From NCBI GenBank assembly GCA_050117845.1, contig JASFLY010000028.1, positions 1 through 34,234 of the forward strand: DNA of 34,234 nucleotides. Direction: 5' to 3'. Both the position numbers and the translations under genes were made by a program. Below, piece by piece: positions 9,266 through 17,904 of this stretch (position 1 is the stretch's first letter; every line of letters begins with the position of its first letter). This stretch comes from Candidatus Zixiibacteriota bacterium. GTDB taxonomy: Bacteria > RBG-13-66-14 > B26-G2 > WVWN01. The notes beneath the pieces are model-generated. The model was not told the DNA's origin. It ran no database searches and saw only the letters and a list, made by a program, of their open reading frames with translations.

Positions 9266-9673
9266 ATGTCGGCCTGGAGAACAGAAAAAATCGTATTGCC
9301 GATAATGGTAGGGGCGGCGGTCCTCATTCTCATCCTTGGCGCCATGAAGGAGACCGAGGAACAGAACCTACAGAAGCGGCTCACCAAGTGGCGGGAAGTC
9401 CTCCCGGACGACGCCCGCGAGAAGTTCGACGCCGGGGAGGACAAGGCCTGCGCCGCGATGATCGAGGAGCGGCTCGAGTCGGACTCGGCCTTCCGCGAGC
9501 GCTACGAGGCCCTTCAGGACGAGGAGCTGACGCCGGTCTTTACGCCCCGGGACATGGTGGATTACTACCGCGTCTATTTCGTGGAACGATTGGAGGAGAT
9601 TCGCGAGGCGAAACGGGAGAGCTTCTGGTATCGACTCTTTCACGGGTCCGAGGAAACCGCCCCGGAGAGCTAA
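9266..9673 (+). CDS. Single-TM hypothetical protein
   Basis: SD GAGG; N-terminal TM helix; operon-like spacing after amrB. Confidence 0.7.
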   Translation: MSAWRTEKIVLPIMVGAAVLILILGAMKETEEQNLQKRLTKWREVLPDDAREKFDAGEDKACAAMIEERLESDSAFRERYEALQDEELTPVFTPRDMVDYYRVYFVERLEEIREAKRESFWYRLFHGSEETAPES

Positions 9674-9772
9674 TGCGCCGAACGGGTCGCCTCTGTCATT
9701 TCGGACCGACGAATATCGGCACGGCCTCAGCGACGCCGTGCCTTTCGCGCAATCGGCGTCGGGGCGCCGTAC

Positions 9773-10921
9773 GTGAAAAAAATCGGTAAAATCCTGATGG
9801 TTCACAACTACTCGTCGTGGGGCGGCAACCTCGCGACGGTCAGGGCGTTGTGCCTGGGGTTGCCGGACTACGGCTTCGACGTCGCCCTCGCGGCGCCGGC
9901 CGGCGAGCCCTACGTGGGCCGGTTCGCCGAGGCGGGCGTCCCCACCTTCGACATAGAAATCAAGAGCAAGTACGACCTCGGGGCGGCTCGCCGTTACGAA
10001 CAGCTCGTGGACGAGGAGGACTTCGACGTCGTCCACACGCACACCCGGCGGGCCGACTTCGTCGCGGCCCGGGGCGGCTGGCGCGCCGGCGCGATAATCG
10101 TCTCGACCCAACACGGCCAGATAAACCTCGACCGCCACACCCTCGCCGTCAAGCGGGACCTGCCGGCCCGGTTCTACTGCCGCTGCCTGCGCAAGTACTT
10201 CGACTGCCACGTCGCCGTATCGGCCGAGATAGCCGAGGAGTTGCGCGAGCGCTGCGGCGTCCCCGAAGAGAAAATAGTAAATATACCGAACGGCATCGAT
10301 ACCCGGCCCTTCCTCGAAGCCGCCGGCGAGCGCCTGTCCTTCCGGCACGAGATAGGGGCGCTCCGCTGGACCGTGGTGGTTACCGTTGTGGCGTCGCTCG
10401 ACTCCAAGGGGCACGGCGAGCTGCTGGAGGCCGTGGCGCAGGTCATTTCCCGGGGCGTCGATTTGCGCCTCGTCGTCGTCGGCGAGGGGCAGTGGGGCCT
10501 GCCGGAGATCCGGCGCCGGGCCGAGGAGTTGGGCCTTACGAAATCGATTAACCTCCTGGGCTTCCGGGACGACGTGCCGCGGGTCCTCGCCGGCTCCGAC
10601 ATCTTCGTCCTGCCGACTCCTTCCGAGGGCCTGTCCATCGCGATTATGGAGGCGATGGCCGCCGGCCTGCCGGTGGTCACGACGCGCGTGGGCGGCAACC
10701 CGGAACTCGTGGAGGACGGCCGGACCGGCCGGCTGGTGTCGGTGGGCGACGCCGCGGCGCTGGCCGAAGCCATCGAAAGCCTGGCGCGGGACACGAACCG
10801 CCGGGCCAAGGGGCGGGCGGGCCAGTCGCGGGTCGCGCTCGAATTCACCGCGGATAGGATGATTAAAAACTACGCCGCTTTGTACAAGAAGCTGCTCGAA
10901 ATGCCGGAGGGATCGGCGTGA
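9773..10921 (+). CDS. Glycosyltransferase family 4 (GT-B)
   Basis: DVVHTH, NIPNGID, EGLSIAIMEAMAAGLPVV (ExxxxxxxE), VGGNPELV. Confidence 0.93.
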   Translation: MKKIGKILMVHNYSSWGGNLATVRALCLGLPDYGFDVALAAPAGEPYVGRFAEAGVPTFDIEIKSKYDLGAARRYEQLVDEEDFDVVHTHTRRADFVAARGGWRAGAIIVSTQHGQINLDRHTLAVKRDLPARFYCRCLRKYFDCHVAVSAEIAEELRERCGVPEEKIVNIPNGIDTRPFLEAAGERLSFRHEIGALRWTVVVTVVASLDSKGHGELLEAVAQVISRGVDLRLVVVGEGQWGLPEIRRRAEELGLTKSINLLGFRDDVPRVLAGSDIFVLPTPSEGLSIAIMEAMAAGLPVVTTRVGGNPELVEDGRTGRLVSVGDAAALAEAIESLARDTNRRAKGRAGQSRVALEFTADRMIKNYAALYKKLLEMPEGSA

Positions 10922-11922
10922 CCGGCGGCGAGCCGGGCATAGCCTGCATCGGCCTGGGCCGCTGGGGCGCTAACTACCCGGCCAAGCTCACGGCCATGCC
11001 GGCCGTGGGCCGCGTGGCCTACTTCGACGCCGACCCGGAGCGGATGCGCGCCGCGGGGGAGAAATACCCGGACGCGGAGCCGCTCGCCTCCTGGGAGGCC
11101 TTCCTGGGAAGCGACTACGGCGCGGCGGTCATCGCGGCGCCGGCGGCCCGCCACGCCGAACTCGCCCGGGAGGCCCTCGCGGCCGGCAAGGACCTGCTGG
11201 TCGAGAAGCCGCTGGCGCTAACGCCGGCGGACGCGGCCGGCCTCGTGGAACTGGCCGAGGAGAAGCGGGCGGTCCTCATGGTGGGCCACATCCTCCTCTT
11301 CGACCCGGCCTTCGAGGCCCTGAAAAAAGTCGTAACGGCCGGCGAGTTGGGCGACGTTAAATATATGACGGCGGCTCGCGCCAAACTCGGCACCATCCGT
11401 ACGGAGGAGGACGTGCTGTTCAGCCTCTCGGCCCACGACGTGGCGCTGGCGCTGTGGCTCTTGGAGGACGAGGCGGCGGCGGCCTCCGCCGTGGGCGTCG
11501 ACGCGCGCGGGACGGGCATCGACGACGCGGCCTTTTTAAACGTTACCTTCAAGGGCGGCGCAGTGCTGGGCGCCTGGGCGTCGTGGCTCTACCCGGTGCC
11601 GACGCGGCGCTTCGCCGTCGTGGGAGGCCGGGCCATGGCGTCGGTGATACAGGAGAAGCGCGGCCCCGGCGAGCTGGTCATATACGAGAAGGGCGCCCGG
11701 GACGGGGAGGCCGGGCCGGAAGTCTACGACGACGGCTCGCGCACGGTGGAAACCCCGCAGATCGATTTGCTCGAGGCCGAACTCACGCACTTTATATCAT
11801 GCTTGGCTTCCCGGGAGGCGCCCCGGGCCGACGGCCGGCAGGGCCTCGAGGCCGTGAAGATCCTGGCGGCGGCGCAAAAGTCCGCGGCGGCGGGCGGGGC
11901 GCCGGTCCGGCTGGAAGGTTAA
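10918..11922 (+). CDS. Gfo/Idh/MocA oxidoreductase, probably UDP-GlcNAcA 3-dehydrogenase (WbpB/WlbA-like)
   Basis: IGLGRWG Rossmann motif, LVEKPLA, AHDV; first of the wbpB-D-E-I-like gene set. Confidence 0.85.
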   Translation: MTGGEPGIACIGLGRWGANYPAKLTAMPAVGRVAYFDADPERMRAAGEKYPDAEPLASWEAFLGSDYGAAVIAAPAARHAELAREALAAGKDLLVEKPLALTPADAAGLVELAEEKRAVLMVGHILLFDPAFEALKKVVTAGELGDVKYMTAARAKLGTIRTEEDVLFSLSAHDVALALWLLEDEAAAASAVGVDARGTGIDDAAFLNVTFKGGAVLGAWASWLYPVPTRRFAVVGGRAMASVIQEKRGPGELVIYEKGARDGEAGPEVYDDGSRTVETPQIDLLEAELTHFISCLASREAPRADGRQGLEAVKILAAAQKSAAAGGAPVRLEG

Positions 11923-11926
11923 ACTT

Positions 11927-12523
11927 ATGAGTGATAAAGGCTATTTCGCGCACGAGAACGCGGTCATCGACGACGGCGCGGCCGTAGGCGCCGGGACGAA
12001 GGTCTGGCACTTCTGCCACGTTATGAGTAGCGCCGTCATCGGCGAGCGCTGCGTTTTGGGGCAGAACGTCTTCGTGGCGGCGAACGTCCGCATCGGCGAC
12101 AACGTCCACATCCAGAATAACGTCAGCGTCTACGAGGGCGTAACGCTGGAGGACGACGTGTTCTGCGGGCCGTCGATGGTTTTCACCAACGTGCGGGACC
12201 CGCGGTCCGCGTTCCCGCTGGAGACGACCGCCGATTACGAGAATACGCTCGTGCGGCGGGGCGCCTCGCTCGGCGCCAACTGCACGGTCGTTTGCGGCGT
12301 GACGGTGGGCGAGAACGCGTTCGTGGCGGCCGGCGCGGTCGTGACCCACGACGTCCCGGCCCACGCCCTGGTGGCCGGCGTGCCCGCCCGCGTTATCGGA
12401 TACGTTTGCGCCTGCGGCGCCCGGCTGGGCATGTTGGTCCCGGGCGACCGGCGGGCCTGCGGCGAGTGCGGCCGCGAATACGTTTGCGGCGCCGGCGGCC
12501 TGGCCGGCGCGAGTAAGGAATAA
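11927..12523 (+). CDS. wbpD: Hexapeptide-repeat N-acetyltransferase, WbpD/WlbB-like
   Basis: [47 protein letters not shown]-terminal CxCG..CxxC. Confidence 0.85.
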   Translation: MSDKGYFAHENAVIDDGAAVGAGTKVWHFCHVMSSAVIGERCVLGQNVFVAANVRIGDNVHIQNNVSVYEGVTLEDDVFCGPSMVFTNVRDPRSAFPLETTADYENTLVRRGASLGANCTVVCGVTVGENAFVAAGAVVTHDVPAHALVAGVPARVIGYVCACGARLGMLVPGDRRACGECGREYVCGAGGLAGASKE

Positions 12524-12528
12524 TACTT

Positions 12529-13641
12529 ATGGCCGAAAACAAAATACCGCTCAAGGATCTGGTGGCGCAGTACCGCTCGCTCGAGGGCGAGCTCGACGGC
12601 GCGATACGCGAGTTTCTGGCCGCGGGGCAGTACGTCCTCGGGCCGCCGGTGGACAGGTTCGAGCGGGCCTGCGCCGAGTACCTGGGCGTAAACGCGTGCG
12701 TGGGCGTCGGCTCCGGCACGGACGCGATACTTATCGCGCTGCGGGCGCTGGACGTCGGCGAGGGCGACGAGGTCATTACGACGCCGTTCACCTTCGTCGC
12801 GAGCGCGGACGTCATCGTGCGGCTGGGAGCCAGGCCGGTATTCGCGGACGTGGACAGGGCGACGCTCAACCTCGACCCCGCCTGCGCGGCACAGGTCCGA
12901 ACGGCGAAGACGAAGGCCGTTCTTCCGGTCCACCTCTTCGGCGTACCGGCGGACGTGCCCGCCCTCGCGGCGGCGCTGCCGGACGTCCCCATCGTCGAGG
13001 ACGCGGCGCAGGCGATGGGCGCGCGGCTTGGGGGCCGGCGCATCGGCGCGCTGGCTCGGGCGGCGGCCTTCTCCTTCTTTCCCACGAAGAACCTGGGTGC
13101 CTTCGGCGACGGCGGCCTCATCGCCACCGACGACGAAGAGCTGGCGGCCCGGGCGCGGCGGCTCCGCGTCCACGGCGCTGCCAGGAAGAACTTCCCCTCG
13201 GAGATAGGGTACAAGAGCCGGCTGGACGGCATGCAGGCCGCGATTCTCTCCGTAAAACTGCGGCACCTCGACGACTGGGTGGCGAAGACGCGACAAATGG
13301 TGGGCCGGTACCGCGAGGGCCTGGCCGGCGTCGGCGACGTTACGCTCCTGGCCGAACCCGCCGGCTGCGAACCGGCGTACCATCAATTCACGATTCGCGT
13401 AGGCCGGCCGGCCGACCTCCGCGAGTTCCTGACGGGCCGGGGTATAGCGTCGGCCTCGTACTACCCGACGCCGATACACTTGACGGACGCCTTCAAATTC
13501 CTGGGCTACGAACCGGGGGCCTTCCCGGCGGCCGAAGAAGCCGCGGCGGAGGTCCTTTCGCTGCCCCTCTGGCCGGAGATGACGGAAGGCCAGGTGGACG
13601 ACGTTTGCCGGGCGGTGGCCGCGTTCTATGACGCACAGTAA
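12529..13641 (+). CDS. DegT/DnrJ/EryC1/StrS PLP aminotransferase, WbpE/WlbC-like
   Basis: SGTDA, VEDAAQA, SFFPTKNLGAFGDGG, SRLD..QAA. Confidence 0.92.
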   Translation: MAENKIPLKDLVAQYRSLEGELDGAIREFLAAGQYVLGPPVDRFERACAEYLGVNACVGVGSGTDAILIALRALDVGEGDEVITTPFTFVASADVIVRLGARPVFADVDRATLNLDPACAAQVRTAKTKAVLPVHLFGVPADVPALAAALPDVPIVEDAAQAMGARLGGRRIGALARAAAFSFFPTKNLGAFGDGGLIATDDEELAARARRLRVHGAARKNFPSEIGYKSRLDGMQAAILSVKLRHLDDWVAKTRQMVGRYREGLAGVGDVTLLAEPAGCEPAYHQFTIRVGRPADLREFLTGRGIASASYYPTPIHLTDAFKFLGYEPGAFPAAEEAAAEVLSLPLWPEMTEGQVDDVCRAVAAFYDAQ

Positions 13642-14731
13642 CGCCGTATTGCTGATAGTCGGCGCGAGGCCGCAGTTCGTGAAGGCGGCGCCGCTGATGG
13701 GAAGGGCGCTCCCGGGCGCCTCCTGGGTGCTGGTCCATACGGGCCAGCATTACGACTACGAGATGTCGGCGGCCTTCTTCGAGGAACTCCGCATCCCGGA
13801 GCCCGCGTACAACCTGGACGTGGGGCCCCTCTCCCCGGCGGCCCAGCTGGCCAGGATGACCGGCCGGATAGCGGAAGTTATAGAGAAGGAGAACCCGGCG
13901 GCGGTGGCCGTCGTCGGCGATACGAACTCGACGCTGGCGGGGGCCCTGGCCGCCTCGTGCGCGGACGTTCCGCTGGCGCACGTCGAGGCCGGGATGCGCT
14001 CGTACGACTGGGACATGCCGGAGGAGCGGAACCGCGTCCTGGCCGACCGCCTCTCGGGCCTGCGCCTCTGTCCCCACGAGGCGGCGGCGGAGAACCTCCG
14101 CGGCGAGGGGCTCACCGGCGGCGTCGCGGTGGTCGGCGATTTAATGTACGAGGTCGCGGCGGCGGCGTATCCCGCCCTGGACGCGGCCACGTACGTCGAG
14201 CCCCGGGGCCTCGTTCCCGGCGATTACGCCTACGTCACCTGCCACCGGCAGGAGAACGTCGATAAGGCGGACCGGCTGGCCGCGGTCGTGGACGCCATCC
14301 TTCGGCTCGACATGCCGGCCTACTTCCCGGTCCACCCCCGCACGGCCCGGGCGCTCGCGGCGGCGGGCCTGGAGGAACGCCTCGCCGCTTCGGCCGACGT
14401 CCGCCTGGCCGAGCCGGCGACGTATTACGCCAGCCTGGCGCTCATCCGGCACGCGGCGCTCGTAGTCACCGATTCCGGCGGCGTCCAGCGCGAGGCGTAC
14501 CTGTACGACGTGCCCACGCTGACGCTCCGCGACCGGACCGAGTGGCCCGAGACGGTGGAGGACGGCGTGAACCGGCTGGTCGACGCGGACCCGCTGGCGG
14601 CGGCCCACGGCGCCGCGGCGGCCTTGGCCCGGGAAGGCGACCCCCGGCCCCGCTTCGAGCTGGTGGGCGAGCCGGTACCGAGTGTTCGTATAACCGAAGC
14701 CCTGGCGGCCTTTATTATGGCGAATAATTAA
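13628..14731 (+). CDS. wecB: Non-hydrolysing UDP-N-acetylglucosamine 2-epimerase, WbpI/WecB-like
   Basis: VGARPQFVK, HTGQHYD, GDTNST, HVEAG.RS, MPEE.NR, TDSGGVQREA. Confidence 0.9.
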   Translation: MTHSNAVLLIVGARPQFVKAAPLMGRALPGASWVLVHTGQHYDYEMSAAFFEELRIPEPAYNLDVGPLSPAAQLARMTGRIAEVIEKENPAAVAVVGDTNSTLAGALAASCADVPLAHVEAGMRSYDWDMPEERNRVLADRLSGLRLCPHEAAAENLRGEGLTGGVAVVGDLMYEVAAAAYPALDAATYVEPRGLVPGDYAYVTCHRQENVDKADRLAAVVDAILRLDMPAYFPVHPRTARALAAAGLEERLAASADVRLAEPATYYASLALIRHAALVVTDSGGVQREAYLYDVPTLTLRDRTEWPETVEDGVNRLVDADPLAAAHGAAAALAREGDPRPRFELVGEPVPSVRITEALAAFIMANN

Positions 14732-14740
14732 CGACGAGCC

Positions 14741-14769
14741 TTGACATCCCCGCGCTACTATCGTATTAT
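14741..14769 (+). promoter_or_regulatory. sigma70 promoter of tRNA-fMet
   Basis: TTGACA (14741-14746)-17 bp-TATTAT (14764-14769). Confidence 0.8.
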
Positions 14770-14774
14770 CCTCG

Positions 14775-14848
<74 letters not shown>

Positions 14849-14852
14849 ATCT

Positions 14853-14885
14853 AATGCCGGCCTCTTCAGGCCGGCATTTCCTTTT
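14853..14885 (+). terminator. Intrinsic terminator after the tRNA
   Basis: AATGCCGGCCT-CTTC-AGGCCGGCATT followed by TCCTTTT. Confidence 0.85.
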
Positions 14886-14920
14886 GGGTTAAGGGCGCTC
14901 GTCGGGGGTGATTTTCGGGG

Positions 14921-14948
14921 TTGCGTTTACGGGGGACTTTTGTATAAT
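14921..14948 (+). promoter_or_regulatory. Putative sigma70 promoter
   Basis: TTGCGT-16 bp-TATAAT; SD AAGGAGG (14957-14963) before TTG 14969. Confidence 0.6.
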
Positions 14949-14968
14949 TATATTTCAAGGAGGCGGGT

Positions 14969-16522
14969 TTGTTACCGTATAGGAAGGGAGCGCATCGCGA
15001 GAGTTCTCGTGCGGCGTGGGCCGCGGCCCTATTGGGTACGTTCGGGGCCGCCCACGTCTTTTATTACCTTCTGGGGGTCCGCTTCGACGATTCGTCGCTT
15101 TCGTGGTACTGGCAGTTCCTGGACCCGGAATTGTTAAAGCACAACCTGTGGGAAAGCCTCTTCTATCTGCACGGCCAACCGCCGCTGTTTAATCTGTTCC
15201 TCGGCCTGGTTTTAAAGGCTGCCCCCACGGCCGGCCGCTACGTCTTCCAGGCCGTTTTCCTCGCCTTCGGCGCGACGCTCTATTTGTCGCTCTTCGGCCT
15301 CCAGCGCCGCCTCGGCGTGACGCCCGGCGTTGCCTTCGCGGTGAGCACCCTCTTCCTCGTAAGCCCCTCCTTTATGCTCTTCGAACACCTGCTCTTCTAT
15401 ACGCTCCCGGTCGCGGCGCTCGTCGTGTTGGCGGCGCTCCTATTTTTCGAGGTGGCCGCGCGCCGGAGGGCCTGGGCCGCGGTCGCGTTTTTCGCGGTTC
15501 TTTTCCTTATATGCGGGACCCGGCACCTGTTCCACCTCGTCTATTACCTCCTCGCCGCCGGGGCGTTGGTCGCCTTCAGCGCCGGCAATCGCAAGAAGAT
15601 CCTGGCCGCGGCGGCGGTGCCGTTCCTTCTGCTCTTTTCCATTTACTTCAAAAACTACGTCGTCTTCGGCGAGTTCACCGCGAGCACGTGGACGGGCATG
15701 CAGTTCATGCAGATGACGGGGTACTTCCTGCCGCCCGAGGAAATGCTGTCGCTCCAGGCCGAGGGCAAGATCTCGCCGCTGGCCACGCTGCCGACCTTCA
15801 CCGATTTGACGTTCTACCCGCCCTCGTACTCGAAAGTGGACAAGTTCGAGGACGTGCCCGCCTTGGCCCAGGCCCACAAATCCACCGGGCCGCCCAACTT
15901 CAACCACCTGGCGTACATCGCCATCGCCAAGCAGTACCGGAAGGATTCCTGGACCATATTCCGATACCAACCCCGGACGTACCTGAAGGCCCTCACGAGG
16001 TCGTGGTTCGTGTACTTCAAGTCGTCGATGGACTACGCGCGGAGCGGCGTCGATTTCCTGGATGAATCCGGGAACGTGGGCCGCGTGGCGTTCGTGCGGG
16101 AGGTGTACGACGACGCCGTTTACGGGAAGTTCTACTCCGGCCCGCTGCTAATGCGGGTAATGGCGCTCGCCGGCCGGCCGATGCGCGATTGCGAGCTGTG
16201 CCCCTACCTGATAATAGGTCTGCCGCTGTTGCTGTTTTACGGCGTTCGCCTGGCGTCGAAGAGGGACGCCGCGGCCTCGGCGGGCCTTACGGCCGCGGGG
16301 CGCCTTACGCTCGCGTTTATTTGTTTCACGATATTGTACGTGGCGGCCGCGGCCGGCATGTTAACCTGGGCCGAGAGCAACCGCATACGTTTCCTGTCCG
16401 ACCCGTTGTCCGCGGCGCTGGCGGGCGTATTTGTTCAACATTTCATAGTAGCGAGCGTGCGGCGTTCGCTGCAAGGCGGGAAGGGGCGAGTAGGCGGCGG
16501 CGAGGTCGGGAACGAAGCGTAA
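14969..16522 (+). CDS. Polytopic membrane protein, probable GT-C fold glycosyltransferase
   Basis: Many TM helices; N-terminal loop WQFLD..LL...LFYLH.QPPLFN, large periplasmic loop, late ESNRIRF motif. Function is inferred. Confidence 0.65.
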   Translation: MLPYRKGAHRESSRAAWAAALLGTFGAAHVFYYLLGVRFDDSSLSWYWQFLDPELLKHNLWESLFYLHGQPPLFNLFLGLVLKAAPTAGRYVFQAVFLAFGATLYLSLFGLQRRLGVTPGVAFAVSTLFLVSPSFMLFEHLLFYTLPVAALVVLAALLFFEVAARRRAWAAVAFFAVLFLICGTRHLFHLVYYLLAAGALVAFSAGNRKKILAAAAVPFLLLFSIYFKNYVVFGEFTASTWTGMQFMQMTGYFLPPEEMLSLQAEGKISPLATLPTFTDLTFYPPSYSKVDKFEDVPALAQAHKSTGPPNFNHLAYIAIAKQYRKDSWTIFRYQPRTYLKALTRSWFVYFKSSMDYARSGVDFLDESGNVGRVAFVREVYDDAVYGKFYSGPLLMRVMALAGRPMRDCELCPYLIIGLPLLLFYGVRLASKRDAAASAGLTAAGRLTLAFICFTILYVAAAAGMLTWAESNRIRFLSDPLSAALAGVFVQHFIVASVRRSLQGGKGRVGGGEVGNEA

Positions 16523-16548
16523 AGGCCGCGCGGGGAGTAAGAAGTTCA

Positions 16549-16608
16549 ATGATTTAGGAAAATGTTGGGGGAGGGGCCGGGCCGGGTCCCGTACGCTCCG
16601 GCCGCGCC
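16549..16608. repeat. Dispersed repeat, copy 1 (core ATGATTTAGGAAAATGTTGGGG)
   Basis: 22-nt core identical at 16549-16570 and 17739-17760, followed by a similar GGGCCGGGCCGGGT(C/T)CCGTA(C/T)GC(T/C)CCGGCCGCGC. Confidence 0.85.
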
Positions 16609-16634
16609 GTGAGGCGTATTGAGAACACCCCACG

Positions 16635-16659
16635 AAAAAGGCGGGCATTCCGCCCGCCT
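16635..16659 (-). terminator. Intrinsic terminator after the propeller gene
   Basis: AGGCGGGC-ATTCC-GCCCGCCT with an A5 run (U5 on the minus strand). Confidence 0.8.
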
Positions 16660-16676
16660 GTTCGGCTAAGTCCCTT

Positions 16677-17591
16677 CTAACGGAATAACGCTTTTACTCG
16701 ACCCAGCGACGTAGGCGCCACCTTGCCGTACGCGTCGTCGGTCGTTTTCCAAATATCCGTCTCGCCGGACCCGCCCGAGCGCCGCGAACCGAAGTACATT
16801 ACGCCGCCCATCTGGCCGTAGTTGAAACAGAACGTCGCGCCCCCCTCGTTCACAGAGGAGTTTATCACGGGCCCCAGGTTAACCGGGTTGAGCCACACCG
16901 AACCGGATTTCTGTACGTACCACAAGTCGAAACCGCCGTACGAACCGCCGGCACGGTCGGAGTAGAATAGGAGGGTGTTCCCGTCGGCCGAGAGCCACCG
17001 CGGCGCATCGTTATCGGCGCCGTTCACGCCGTAGCCGAGGTTGATGGGGTCGCTCCACCAGAGGCCGTACTTGACGGAGTACCAGATATCCAATTTCCCG
17101 AAGCAGCCGCCCGGGCGGTTGGAGGCGAAGAAAAGGGTCTGCCCGTCCCCGCTCACGACCGGGGAATGGTCGTTGCTGGAGGAGTTTACGGGAGGGCCCA
17201 GGTTATTTCTGGGGCCGGCGGAGCCGTTGCTGAACGGCGCCCACCAGATGTCGTACCCGCCGTAGCCCCCGGCGGCGACGCCGGAACCGTAGTACAACTT
17301 AGTATCGTTCTCGGCCAGGAAAGGATGGTAGTCGTGGGCGTCGGTATTGACGTTATCGCCCATGTTGACGGGGGTCCCCCAGGCGTCGCCGGAGTACGTC
17401 GAGCACCATAAATCCAACTTACCAGAGCCCCCGGGCCGGTCGGAAGAAATGACCATGTAGGTACCGTTCTCCGTAATCGTTACCTCCGATTCCCGATACG
17501 ACGTGTTGATAGGGCTCCCCAGGTTTACCGGCGTCGTCCATCCCCACGCGGTAGCCGCCCCGAGGACCAATAGCAATAATCCCTTGATCAT
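16677..17591 (-). CDS. Secreted PD40/TolB-like beta-propeller protein with a conserved C-terminal tail
   Basis: Signal peptide; about 5 repeats of P.NLG..(I/V)N...S.RPGG.G..D(L/I)W; ends VAPTSLGRVKALFR; SD GAGGAGG. Confidence 0.85.
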   Translation of the reverse strand: MIKGLLLLVLGAATAWGWTTPVNLGSPINTSYRESEVTITENGTYMVISSDRPGGSGKLDLWCSTYSGDAWGTPVNMGDNVNTDAHDYHPFLAENDTKLYYGSGVAAGGYGGYDIWWAPFSNGSAGPRNNLGPPVNSSSNDHSPVVSGDGQTLFFASNRPGGCFGKLDIWYSVKYGLWWSDPINLGYGVNGADNDAPRWLSADGNTLLFYSDRAGGSYGGFDLWYVQKSGSVWLNPVNLGPVINSSVNEGGATFCFNYGQMGGVMYFGSRRSGGSGETDIWKTTDDAYGKVAPTSLGRVKALFR

Positions 17592-17641
17592 GTCGGCCTC
17601 CTCTTTTTAACTCGCCCCAACGTATTCGGTTAACTATCTTT

Positions 17642-17670
17642 AGAATAACTCATTGTTTTCAGTATGGCAA
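17642..17670 (-). promoter_or_regulatory. Putative promoter of the propeller gene
   Basis: TTGCCA (17670-17665)-17 bp-TATTCT (17647-17642). Confidence 0.55.
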
Positions 17671-17738
17671 GCTATATTTCGCAATGGGCCGCGCGGACAA
17701 AGGGGGGTACTCGCCGGCCGCGGGTGGGATAAAGCCAC

Positions 17739-17858
17739 ATGATTTAGGAAAATGTTGGGGTGTGGGGGTAGGGCCGGGCCGGGTTCCGTATGCCCCGGCC
17801 GCGCTACGAGGGGAGTAAAAAGCACCATGATTTCGGAAAATGTTGGGGGGGGGCCGGC
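17739..17858. repeat. Dispersed repeat, copies 2 and 3 (tandem, 88-bp period)
   Basis: Cores at 17739-17760 and 17827-17848 (one mismatch). Confidence 0.85.
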
Positions 17859-17904
17859 TTTCTTTAAATCCTTACGCGCCCCGGGCCGGGGCGTTTCCGG
17901 ATTC

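Noticed and set aside
16549..17848. CRISPR array, integron attC sites or dif site from the 22-nt repeats
   Set aside because: Only three copies, spaced about 1190 and 88 bp, with similar rather than unique spacers and no cas genes; no RYYYAAC...GTTRRRY palindromic structure; only a weak XerD-arm resemblance with no XerC arm.
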